DNA of 64,000 nt from Lytechinus pictus (taxonomy: Eukaryota): the NCBI RefSeq assembly GCF_037042905.1, contig NC_087251.1:16680001-16744000 (forward strand), read 5' to 3'. Shown here in pieces: positions 25,301 through 38,945 of the stretch (position 1 is its first letter; each line of letters begins with the position of its first letter). The position numbers and the translations under genes are program-made. The notes under the pieces are model-generated. The model did no database searches. It was not told the origin of the DNA and worked only from the letters and a program-made list of their open reading frames with translations.

Positions 25301-28300
25301 GGCAAGAGATTAAAGTTCAATTTGACATAGTTATTTGCATAATGTTGCTCGACCATGTTGGAGACAAAGCTTCAACCCATCTCACCAGCCTATACCAATT
25401 TGTAGAGCCTGGTAATATTTCATGATCAGATTGTACGTTATTCCAAGTAACGATAACAAATGACTAAGCCGACTTAAGTACTACCGCACCTCATTATTGA
25501 ATAGTCTCCTACAATTGTCTGCCTGTTATCATCATTGAGAACTATTAAGAAGCATCTGAAAACTGTTGTATTCCACTCCAATATTTATTTTTTTCCAATT
25601 TGATCTTTGTAAAGTGTTGTTGACACCGTAATTAGCAAAGACACTTAATTATTGCATACATGGTGATGTATGAATTCACATTCAATGTCTGCTGTTCTGA
25701 TGTTCTTACAGAAGAGGGACTTACGTTGTTCCTCCTGAGCTTCCCCCTGAGCCCAAGGCCCGTGTGATCAGTGCTTGGCAGACCAAACCAGCTGTAGCAG
25801 CTGAATTCCAGCCAGCCATGCAGTCCAGGCCAGATACAGAGGATGAGACTGATGATAGAGAACCGGATGAAGGTAGCATAATGTTTTATCATTCTGTAGT
25901 TTTTAGGGAATTATATTTGACAGAAAGTACTGTTTTACAATAAGCTAAGATTTCTTTTCATTTGCTAAATTTCATTCATTTCCAATATAAACTTATACAC
26001 ATAGCATTTTGACAATTTCTCCTGGTTGGTGTTTCATAAAGCTGTTTGTAATGTTACGTACAACTTTACGAACGACTGGAACATGTTCTTATGTCCTAAA
26101 TGAATGACAGGGATGTATCATTTAGCACAAGAAGGGGTCACCAGTTGTGCGTAAAGTCGTATCTTACGAACAGCTTTTTATTAAACACCCACCTGTCCTG
26201 TTTTTGGTATAATCTGACACAAGACACATGTAAAACAGGAATGGTATCTTCTGTCTGTTTTTGTTATAACTTGATTATTTCTTAATCTTCCAGATTCCAC
26301 TCCTGAAGAGTGTAACTTTGAGACTGGTCTCCTACCACTTTGGGCCCAGAAGCAAGTCAAAGCCGTAAGAAAACCTTTTCAAAATATTTTATCCCCTCCC
26401 CCACCCCCATTTGTCTAGAGTTTTGTGTAATCAGTGTGCAGTACAGTCAGTTTTCAGACAGTATTATTCAAGATCCAACATTCGTTGTCATTTTAAAAAA
26501 TCTTGCAATTTGTTTGTTTTATGAATTTCATGATATGTAGTAGCCTGAATGCATGGATACATGTGTTAGTTTTATACTGTTAACAAAAATATGTAACGTA
26601 CTGAAGCATATGGGTAGTTAAACATATTAAAGTTGTTATAAAGTATTGTATCCCTTCCCATCCCCCTCTCCTCATCCCCCTGTAACAGTATGTGATAGCA
26701 ATTATAGATGTACAACGTCTTTAATGAAATATTTTATATTTAATGCAATTTTTTGTCTTATTTTGGTATTGATAGACTATGCAAATTGATTATGGAATGT
26801 ACATTATCAAGACTCATAGACCCTCATAATGACCTATCTTAACAAGCTTATTCATTTGAATTCAGTCTTTACACTGTATGTACTTGCTGTATTGGGGGCA
26901 TTTTGTATATGCAGGATAAACTAGACTTAATTTTTGGTATGATTCAGTTATTGTATCTTTTCTGTTTGTGCATCTTTTTTCCCCGCATATGGAATTACCT
27001 TTATTAATCTTCCTCCCACTAGGGTGAAGACATACCAGATGTACCAAGCCCTACCAAGTACAGCAGCCCTACCCATCCCAGAGGGAGGTGGGCCCAGAAC
27101 ATCAACAGCGGTGGTATAAAGGTCAAGTCACAGATGGAAGAGCTGAACCAAAGCATTGAGCTTAGACTGGAAGACTGCTTGGGTAAAGAAAAACCCTATT
27201 CAGTCCTCTATCATTTTGAATTTAATAATAATAATAATACATCACTTATATAGCGCATAATACACAAAAAATTTCTCTTTGCACTTTACAATAAAGAAAA
27301 CAAAAATACAATACAAGTACCGGTACTTAATATTTGAACTTGCAATTGTTATGAATTTCGAAAATCTTTCTCACTTGTAATAACAAACAAGTAAACAGTC
27401 CATAGGACTATTTCAGTTTATGAAGACAAACGCTATAATTTTTTCAGTGCCAACTTGATAGAATACTTTTCAATGGGGGATACGATTAGCAGAATCACAT
27501 TATTCATTTTTTTGGGAGTTTTAAATCATATATATTAACATCTTATTTTGTTTGAAAGTTACTTGTCTCATGTCCAAGAACACATCTCTTCCCTCTGTCC
27601 CTGCCAAATACTTTACCAGATTGATGGCAACATTCATTAGTATCTTCTTACCCATTATCATGTTATTCTATATTTGAACATTTTTTTTGGTTCATTTTTC
27701 TTGTTTAAGATCGACGGCGATATACAGTGGAGCCCGATGTCCTTTTAGAGCAAGTAAGACCTTTTGCCAATCGTTCTCAAGTAAGTGATTCCCTTTCAGA
27801 TTTTATTCCACGTTGAGGGGCCCAACCCGCCATCTGATATAACGCAGCATGCCGCACCTCGCCGCTTCATGATTCACAAAGTCGTCATGGAAATAACTCA
27901 TCTAAACAAAAAAAACTAAAGCATGGGAGTCTGTTCACATGGTTTACCATGTCTAACAAAGAAAGTATGGTAGTGTATAATATCATCGTAAGTAATGAAA
28001 CAGACAGTGAATTGTTGTATTAAATTTGTATTTGTATGGTTTTTATTTTAGTTGACTAGATTCCTGTTTAGATTGATTTTAATTTTGTTTATTATTCTGT
28101 GTTTATTTATTCTAAACAAAATTAATTTTCATTCAGGAATTATATCGAACACAAATCAGATAATTTTATTCTTGTGTTATCAGGTCTCCTCTTCTTAATG
28201 ATTTTGTATCATATTCAACAGAATTCATTGGTTTATAATTCATATTTGGTCTATTCACCTGATTACAAAAAATACGCATTTTGCAGGTTCATAGTAATTC

Positions 28301-31300
28301 TTTTCCAGAAAATTTTGTTTTAAGATTTTAATACACTATATTTCATTAAAATTCATTATGTAATAAACATCAGAAGCAGTCCAATTAGATCACAATGATA
28401 TCTTTGTTCAGAATAAAAAGAAATGAATACATTATCAGAACAACAATAAGTACATTAATTACTTGTACCTCCTTAGTTTTCATAGTCAATAAATCTGCTC
28501 AAATATTTTGTACCCCTTTCTTACATTATGTACTAAGTTTTGCGCTTACAAATTTTAGTATGTGCATTTTAAATTGTTATGCATTATTATTATGATTTAT
28601 GAATACCAATTTAAAATCCATTTTTTTTGGGGGGGGGGGGTGTTGACCAACCTTAGGTTAGATTTAACTTTTTTCTGACCTGTGAAATGTTACAATTACT
28701 CCTGATTTTTTTCCCCTTGAAGGCAAAATCAAAACGTGAGCTAGAAGTCTGCGTAGAGGTATCAACATTGTCCTATTTTAATGCCATTCCTGCTTGCATA
28801 TTTCTCATTGTTTAAACTGTCTTTTGTAATGTTCCACATCCCATGTTCCTTCCTTTCCTCCTTACCTCCTGATGTCCCACCAAAAGAGACGGTTAATGCA
28901 GCAATGGCAAAAGTTAAAAGTGGGTAAAACGTGTCCCTTAATTGCAAAATATGACAAGATTGCAGTTCAACCGGAATCACTCCTTTTCCATTTTGTATTT
29001 GATACAAAATCACTTTTCAATTCACATTTTAATGCACAATTCAATCCACTTTTTACCCTTTTGTGGTGTCCTACCCAGTGTTTGTACACGTCCTGTCTTT
29101 TTCTCAAGATTGTCAAAATAATGAAATACGAAACATTTAGCCTACAGAGCCTTTTTTTTTAAGAATAAATTGTTTCCCATTTTCTCAGTGGTGTCACTAG
29201 TATTAAGCCAATTATTCAAACTATCATTGTGCATTTTTCTCTCACTTATTCTCTGCATTTGAATGTTGTTTGTAATGAGATAATGTGAATCCTTCAATTT
29301 CTGATTGATATCAGTCCCCCATTTTCTGCTTGCTTGTACTTTCTTCTTATATACAACTTTCTCTGATGCATTGTTGTAACAATATCCTTTCTTTTGAATT
29401 AAAAAAAAAAGAATATATTGCTGAAAAAGCTACTTCGAAAAAAAATGGCAAATATTGATGTGCCTAATCTTTGTCTGGGGATTCTTTGGTATAACCTGGC
29501 TCACTTCTCAAAAGTTATATACGTAGATCTCAATATCACTATAGTTTAATATGGAGATATATTCAAATAACTAAAATATAATAAAATAAGCCATATAAAT
29601 TGATTACAAATGCATGATAAATATTATGACAATCAGGTTTCAGTTAAAAATGTGATTGCTGTACTACTCATACATGTACATGTATATATGTCCTTTATAC
29701 TATCGTGTATATTTTTTGTGTTTAGAACATGTATTATGAATTCCTCCTAAGTGCTTTATTGTAACAGAATCTCATTCAGAGAAAATATCATAACAAAAGA
29801 ATTCGGAGCCCTATCTTTAGACATTCCAAACTCTTCAAACAGTCTCATTTTAGTTCAAAACAGGATTCATAATCTTATTCTTTTTATTGAAAGTTTAATT
29901 TTTTTTAAATCACAGCTTAAAAATCATTATATCCATTACACTTGTAACCATATTATATATTCCATCAATTACACAATTCATTGCACATTACCTTTGGTCG
30001 ATGTCAATCGTCATTAGTTTTAAGTTCTATATAATCATTTAATTGATAGACTATTGATCAATGTCACCATGGTCATTTAAAATTAATGGCAAACTGGGGG
30101 AAGGGGCTGGAAATAAAACCATAGTTCAGAAATAATACTTCAATTTTATGTGTATATTGACATGTCCCTCATATAAACCCGACTTCATTTTCCACACCTC
30201 CAATGCATCATCCCATGCCATTCTCTTTATGCCATTGAACATGTTAATATTTCCTCCATTATAATGAAATCATTCAATCTAAAAAGTACATGTGTGAGGT
30301 TTGTCCGGTTGATGTTACCAAAAAAAAAAACTCACACTATTGAAGCATTTTTTGTGTGTGTCATTTGAACATTTTACTAACTTTTGTGTGCACCACTAAT
30401 AAGTGTGATTAATATCTATCAACTTGACAAGCACCACTTACAAAGAAAGAAATAATTTTGTTTATTTCTCAGGACAATGAATGTGATTCTATTTTCTCAT
30501 AGCAATGTACTTAAGAATGAAGTATAAGGCACCTTACCAAATGTCTGTGCCATATGTTATAGCATGAATCTGCAGTAAAGACTGTAAGCGGCTTTTACAG
30601 CGAATTTCCCCTGCACTCCCCATTCTTCTGTCTTTGATGATATGTGAAGATTAGCGATGAAAACAAAAACACTGCCAGGATTTTTTTGCGAACGACATGG
30701 CTCTGACTTCTGTTAAGGTGCCTTTAACTATATTTATCTTTCACCATTATCAAAATTATGTATATTCATTAAATATATTTGCATGACTTCATTCAAACTT
30801 CAATATGTATCTATTCATATTTTTGTGTATGTTACTACATTGAAAATTACATGTACTAAGTTATCATAGTTGAAAATTGCTTATGGCTAGTCGTCTGGTT
30901 GAGAATTTCTGGTAAATGCTAGTTCAGTTTACCTTTGATCAGAAGTTCATACATTATATAAAACATGAACAAAAATTATTATAAAGATAGAGACTGAGTA
31001 ATTCATATACTAGATCTAGCTTCTTGTATATAATCTTCCTTTCTTTGTAGTGATGTGGTGTAAGTTATTGTTACATTTCTCGGAAAATCTGAATTCAGGA
31101 TTGAACAATATGTGAAATAAAACGGTAGCTTATTATTTAAATTCTTTGGAATGTGTATTTCATACGCAAACCACATTGTGTCAGGCTTGTTGCTGATCCA
31201 TCATCTAAAATAAAATAAAAAGATATAAACTTTTTATTTTAGGGAGATTAATGATAAGGATATTTTGAGAAATTATTACATTATTTTAAATCAAATTTAA

Positions 31301-34300
31301 TTGAATCTTTTTATGTGATTTAGTTGAACAGATATATATTATTGAGATATGATTATCTGATTTTAATTAATTTGATTTTTTTTTTACCCAGGGCCCTTTT
31401 GCTGGTATGGATGCTGAAGAGGTAAGTGTCGTCTTCTGCATCACAAAAATAAGATGGCACTAATCATCTCTTTGATAACAAATATATTGTTAGCTTGAGT
31501 GTACAGTGTTTCCATGAATAGATGCATTCGTTAACCCTTTTATAATCAAGGTCAATTTAATTTCAATCCCCCAAACACAAGAACAATATCTACTCGCACT
31601 CTTATGCATATTATTGTCTGTGTGGAACTAATGTGAAAGAAATTTGACAATGAACTATCAAGCATCAGATTAGTTTTATGGAATGAGCTGTGAGAGCACA
31701 TTATTTCTATGATATTGTATTTCAAGTAAGAATGGAACAAGTAATTTTGGGGGTTGTGGTTAGCGGAGGGTTTTATTATACATCCTTACATATATGTGGA
31801 CCAAAAAAAAAAGTGTTGTTGTTATGTGATTTCAGATTGCAAAGATTTGTGGAGAAGAGTTTGTACCTGCCTCAGAGAAGTTTGGCTTGCTTTCACAGGA
31901 GGAGTTTGAGGAGTCTGAGAAGGTAAATTTGACTTTCATTTCATTTTCATTTACCATGGACATGTTTGACAGTTGTTTCAGTTTTGAATTTTCTATAATA
32001 TATTTATGTAAAAAGAAATGATTGATTTACTTCAGTTAGTTATGAGGTGCCAAAGTATCCAAGCATTTTCAGATTATCAGTACACTGTTTATGGGACTTA
32101 ATCATTCTTGCCCTCACAAAACATATGCACATTCTCCCCTTCCTGGGGAGTATTCCAGCTTTTCAGTGTGTGACTTGTACGTTTTAGGTGCGCACAATCC
32201 TAGAAAAATACACAATGTTCATATATTGAATTCAGTCACCCTTAATACTAGATTTGATGTATGTACTTTCTCCACTTCTAGGGGAGTAGTCTTATACTAA
32301 ATTCTTAATTCACCCTTCAATCATCATCATTCTTTATTATCACTAGATGGATGGCTTTGTGACAACCTCAAGGGGGAGTGACCCAAGGGGAAGTGATCCG
32401 TTTGGTCCTCCACCATCCCTCCGCGCGTCTGCCACTGATTCCACCCATGGTGCTAATGGAATAGGCCATCCCAGTGCAGCTGAGAATGGGGATGGTACCA
32501 AAGTGGACGATATTGAGGGGGATGATGAAGAGGAGGAGGAAGATGAGGAAGAGAAGGAGGATGACGCCCCGGATAAGGAAATTATTTTCTACCCACCGGA
32601 AGAGGAGGAGGAGTCATCTCCTGAAAGGTGAGGATTTATTATGAAGATAATAAAATCTTATATGAATGACACTGCCTGTCAGATCAAGGAGGTTTCAAAT
32701 GAGATGGAGTAACAGCATATAAAGTCTCTTTGAACAAGGTTAAAACCGCCAGCAGAAAGTATGTCAGGCATGCACTTTGCTCAACATCTCTTGCAATTGT
32801 GTAAACAAATGATTCCCGCATGACTCGCAGCTATAGGTCATACATAAAGGGAAATATGCTTTTGTGATGATAATTACTTTTTCGCGGCATCTTCATGATC
32901 TTGGTCTGGTTATATGTGAAGTACATAATTCGGAGGCATGCGAAAATAAACTATGCAATATGTCCTGAAATATGACTCAAATTTGCTCGACTGGGCATGT
33001 GCGGGCACTCATCTGGCATATACAGTAATGAACAACAATATTCCACCGACCACATTTGAAATTTTTATTCGCCGCAAACGATCGGAAAAGTGTTAAAATC
33101 TGGTTTCAGTAAAGGTCAAATTCTTTCCTTTTTCACCAATTAAAGGTTAATTGATATAGTCTGGGCGAATATCTCGTCGTAATAGTGCTTGGTTATTGAT
33201 GTTTTGTCAGGCATTCAAATTTCAGTTTGTTTATTAATATGAAAGATGGAAAATTGATACAAATGGATATTCGTAAAATTTCATCCCTCGGATTTCTTCA
33301 CTGAAACTGGCGGCTTCGAAGGCGGATATCAAAAGGTCGTTATTGCCGTTCTTTCTTTTGTGCTTCTTTAGAAATGAATATCTGCTTGAAAAAATTTGTT
33401 GCCTTTTCGAATTCCAGTCATAGAATCTTCTTGGTCAGATAAACCCATGTAATTTAAACTCTAAAGTTGTGGTTTAAATTGATGAATAGCCAATTGTGAC
33501 ACAGATCACTAATAGTACAGGTTCTATTCATTAGTTCATTTGACACCAAAATCATTCATAACCGTTCAGGAATAATAACTAAAATAGTTTTCTTCACCAA
33601 TAAAGCATGAGGAAAGAGCACCGTAATGATAAGAAACATTAAATGTAAACAAGATTTTGACATTTTCAGCTTCCCATAAATTCAGATCTTTTTTAGTAGC
33701 TTTAGAGATTGTTTAATGGGATGTTTCAAAAAGGTGTTAATGAAATTATATTATAACTTATACTGAACATGACAAGCCCAACAGGACGTTCAAATACTAA
33801 TAATGTCTTCAATGAAACTTGAAAATGACGTAGTAGATAAGAATTCTTATTGTCAACTGTTTTTCCAGTCTCAAGTTCCAAGTGACCGAATCAACCAAGA
33901 GCCATGAAGAGTTGGCCAAGCGACACAGCAGACATAAATCCAAAGAAGGAAGTAAAGAGACTATTAGCAGTGCCCCAACACCAAATAAAGACTCGGGTGT
34001 GTCTGCAACTTCCAGTACTGGTAAGTGCTCTGTTCATTGCAATCTCATTGTGAGCATGGTTAACTTTTGTTGTTATGTCTATTTATTATCTCATTATGAT
34101 GTATGCATAGATTAGAATAATTAATTAGTTAGAAATACATTTGAATGATTTTAGAATGATTAATCATGCAATTTTGTAGATTATTTTGTCCGATGTACAC
34201 TTCAGAGATATGAAGGAGGCCAAACTTCCCCCTGTTCTGCTGCCTGGCAAGAAGTGACTATAATATATATGATTGTAGATTTCACAGTGTAGTTAACTGT

Positions 34301-37300
34301 AATTTTCAGACTTCTATGTACCAAATAAGATAAATTTTGACAAAATTTACCCACAATTCCTTGTATCGTATGATAGATGGTAATGAGGAGGAGGATGTTG
34401 ATGAGAGCGATGAGGAGGAAGAAGAGGAGGAAGAGGAGAGAGGGACTGTTACTCCCACAGCCTCACCAAGGCGTAGCAAGCTGACTTCAATTGAACCTCC
34501 CTCTCCGACCACCACGCCGGACGAAGAGAAATTCCTGCATAATAATTTCAGGTGAGGAAAACTTGTTCTTGATCCCAGGTTTTATTCCTGGTGAAAAATT
34601 GCTCACTCTTAAGCATATTAGATATATTTTCATATCAGAGAGCTACAAGAGTTTCTACCCAAAATTAAGTATCATATGGTATTCTTTATCAGGTATTGCC
34701 CCCCCCCAAAAAAAAAAAAAAAAAAAAAAAAACACAATACATATTTCACTAGTTTGAGAATTATAAAAGTTTAAATGCAATATCATTTTTTGGTGGTGAT
34801 CGGAAGCAATTTAATAGGCCTGTATCATCTGAACCCCTTTGGAAATTTTTTTTGACCCTGTAAACTGCCATTAAGGGTAGATTTTTTTTTTTTGCATATT
34901 AAAATGTAAAAAAATAATTTAAAAACTTACTTTTTTAGATAGAATGAACAATGAGGGAAAAAATTTAGTTTTTGATTTGAATGAAGATGACGTTTGAAGT
35001 GAGAATGTGTGTAAAGAGTTTACTAATCTTGCATTAGACAGATTTAACTCATTTCAAATTGTTTTTATAATTGCATGCTATTTCTATCTGTTTTCTCACT
35101 ATATGTATTTAATTGCATTCATTGACTTTGTTAACAATATGGCATGAATTTTGGCTATGATTTGAATTTCAAGCTCTATTTTTTCTCATATTTTAAATAT
35201 ATTTTGTTTTGTTATTAAGACAAAATCATTTTATTCTGGATATCAAATCATTTGGAATGATTCTTCATTTCAATTTCTGATAAGATGAGTATGCAAATAT
35301 CGCAAAGGATGCTTATATAGTTAAGAAATTCAATAAGTTTGAATAGATCAAACTACAGATTATAAAAGTTCAAACATATGTTTATAGCTGATTTAGGACA
35401 TTTTAAAACTATAGAAATAATTTCATGAAGAGGCATTTACATTTGAAAACACAAATTTTATATTGTGGAAAAATATATTGCTGGTTTAAAAGTATCACTA
35501 AGATGCTAGAAGTAACTTGTTGAAATACTATAATAATGCGTCAGAGCCAATCATATATGGTTATCATGGTCATGTGACTAATGTAGATGGACTTTCACAA
35601 TACATGAGAAATTAGACTATGTACAGTATTTGTCAGGAAGCACTATGATTGAGTTGCATTTTCAACAATCCCTACCCGTTTCCAACTATACGTATCCCAC
35701 TCTCCTCCATGTCACTTCTGACCACACCCTTTCCCCATCTAATGACACCTACCGACACCTCCCGTACTCCCTCATCCCATTTTGCATGTAGTTTTGCCGA
35801 GAAGGAGAAGAATATAGGGGATTTCACGGAGCAGGAGAATTTCGGGAAATGCCTAGAGCAGCTCCAGTCCAAGTTCTCGGACGAAATCAGCTCCGGGCGG
35901 CTCAGTATCTCGTCCCGCTTCCTCTCCAGGTCGCAACATTCCATAGCCAGGTGACTACCGCCCTCTATAGTCAATGCACATGCAGTCAGTAAGGTGTATT
36001 TGTACATTGTCCCGTTTTACTTGCAGCATGTTCTGATGTTTTTGGTGTGTCAATGCATCAGTTATGTTTGATCTGTATATAACTGCCCAATGTGTAGCGT
36101 ATTTTGATAACAAATGTCCAGAAAGAATATTGCAGTTTAACTCAAAATTATATGTTTTAGGATTCTAGAATATTTCACACTAATACATGATGCAAGTAGA
36201 TGTTTTTAGATTAGCATATTGAATTATGTATATGTATAAATTGGAGGAAATACATGATAATGGAATTATTTCAAATATTTAATGCTGTTTAAGTGTTTAG
36301 TTACATCACAATTCTTTTATTTTCTTTTATTTGCTCATTTTCTTATAAAGATCATATTGATTTTGAATTTGCAGTATAACTATTTTTTCCATGGTTTCAT
36401 TGAGATCATTATTTATACCACGATATATACACTCTAACAGTGATTATTGAATGATGAGTGTGTTGAGAATGATTAGAGAAGTAAGAAAGTAACAACTTTT
36501 TTTTCACTATCCCTCCCCAGTGAAAGATTCTTCATATATCAGTATTTACTACAACATTCTGGTAGTAAAGAGAAAAGTAGACATTAGCCTACAGGCTGGT
36601 ATTATTCAAAGCATGTTATGCATTTTATTGATGAATGAACTGAACCGAGCATTCCAGAGAAGTGTGTATTGAAGTTTGTTTTCAGTTAAACTAGATTAAC
36701 CAATGAGAATACCATCCAGTGTGTTTTAAGCACACTCAGACAGACTAGCGTCATTTCCATAATGTCAGTTGTAGGACATGTGATGCAGAGTCAAATTGAT
36801 GAATCATGGCTTCCCTGGTAAAGTCGTGATATGAAATACTAGTCAATCGAGCATCGCTCTAGCAAATTAAATCTTCCTGTATTGCTTGAGGGGGACTCAC
36901 TCACATACCACCTCTCTAAGACGAAGAGAAGTTGATTTACTTTACATGTATGGGTATTGTATGAGCATATGAGATTGTATGATGTATGGTGGTGTGCCAA
37001 AGACTCAGTTAGTTATCAAACACTTTTCCTAAAGTTGTGGAGGTAAAAATGGTGTTTGGATGAGGTATGAGCAATTATATTATGTGGACATGAGATTTGT
37101 TTGATAGACGGTAGTTTGCCACAGCCTGGAGAGCCAAAGACAGAAACCATACATGTACCTTCCTGAAGTTGTAGATTTTATGTGGATTTCAACTCTAGAT
37201 GAGTAAAGCATGATTCATCATTTTTCTTCAAAATATATTGTAGCTGTGCCTGAGCTTGGTAAAGTCTGATAGATCATTGAAAACTTGTTTTCACTTATTT

Positions 37301-38912
37301 CATATGGATACTCAAACTGTGGTAAAATTGTTAGAGCCTTGGATGGCTTTGATCTTCAGAATGTGTTAGATGCCAGGAGAATAAGTATACCAAAGCTGAT
37401 AAATCATGGAATATTCCACAGTCACAGTGCTCAAGGTTTCGTAATCGTAAATGAGGTTTGTGATGGTGCAATGAAATATGTTTGGATGTAAACGGATGCA
37501 GTGATTTTTTAATTGAAGCAGTGTTTCAGTGATTTTTTTTTAATAACTTCAGTCGGAGAAATTTTATTTCTTCATGGATACAGTAGCAAAGCGGTTTGCA
37601 ATTATCATTAAATCGATTGCAACACTCATATTTATTGCAGTGGTCATTAAGATTGTTTTTATCATTGGATCAATTGCTTTATAAATGATAACCTCTATTC
37701 ATATTGGAGACACACTTTTCCATCATTTTTCAAGTCTTTAATATATGGCATAGGCTAAAATGATAACATGAGGAGTGGTTTCTTTTATAAGCCAACCTGC
37801 TAGGGAAGTGGTTACAGCTGCTTTAAATTGAGATTTCAATCTCAGAATCTGGCCAAGGATAATATGACACATCCTTTAAAAAAAATTTGCGCATATTAAA
37901 ACCTGTCTGTAAATACCAGCCAAGGGAGACCAAAAAAAGGTGGTCTTCAGGGGAGAGTTTCATGAAAGGACTTGTCATATGTTTTATCCAACAAGTCCTG
38001 TTTTATCCAACAGTTACTATAGTAACAGTGCCTCACAGCCAATCAGAATCGGGGAAAGTTGTCAGATCTTACAATTTGTCAGACAAAAATGTTGATAAAA
38101 CACTCCCCAGAACTGTCTTCTGTGATACACATTCCAATGGGAAATACTGTTCAAGTCAAGCCAAACGTGTTCCCCTTGTTTACAGGTTGTTGCTAGAGAC
38201 TGTATTATGAATCCCTGTTTAAATTATGCAGATTGTAAATCTTTAATTCAAGCAAGTATGTAGAGCATAAATTAATTATTGTAAGCTGTATCAGAATATT
38301 AAGTAAATCGTATTCCCGTCGATTTTACAGCATAAGACCAATAGTCCAAAGATTTGCAATTAAACACAACTTGAATTTCATTCAATCAGATTGTGGTTGG
38401 GACTAGCATTAGATTTTTGTAGTTGTATTTTTAATATCAACTCTTCCTGCAACATCTCTAAGGGAATGATAACGTAATATACACTACTCTAATGTTTAAC
38501 ACTTCTTGTTTCAATCACAATTTAGAATAATTTAGTAAGAGTTTAACTCAAGCAAGAGTTTGGGCCTTTATGTATTGTCAGACAAGTCACATTCATTATA
38601 CGTAATATGTTCTCATTTGTAGGGTGGCTCCAATGATGTCCCAGACTCCAAGTGCGGGTATCAGTCCAGAAGAGGTATGAAAGCTTCAGAATCCTTGCGA
38701 ACTTTATCAAACTCATTTCTGCCATTGTTGCATATATTTTATATATTTAGTGCTTGACAATGTTCAGCAGCAGGATAGCAGTATATATGCATGCTTACCC
38801 TTTTGCTTATGACAGTCCAGTGACTCTATTGTAAGCCATTAGCAAATTGATATCAGCAGGTATCCCATCCTAAGTTCATGTCTCCAAAGCATTATTGTAC
38901 TATTCTATAATT

Positions 38913-38945
<33 letters not shown>

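Noticed and set aside
32740..33400. Moderately CpG-rich intronic block
   Set aside because: Probably a transposon fragment, but no TIR, TSD or splice signals could be defined.
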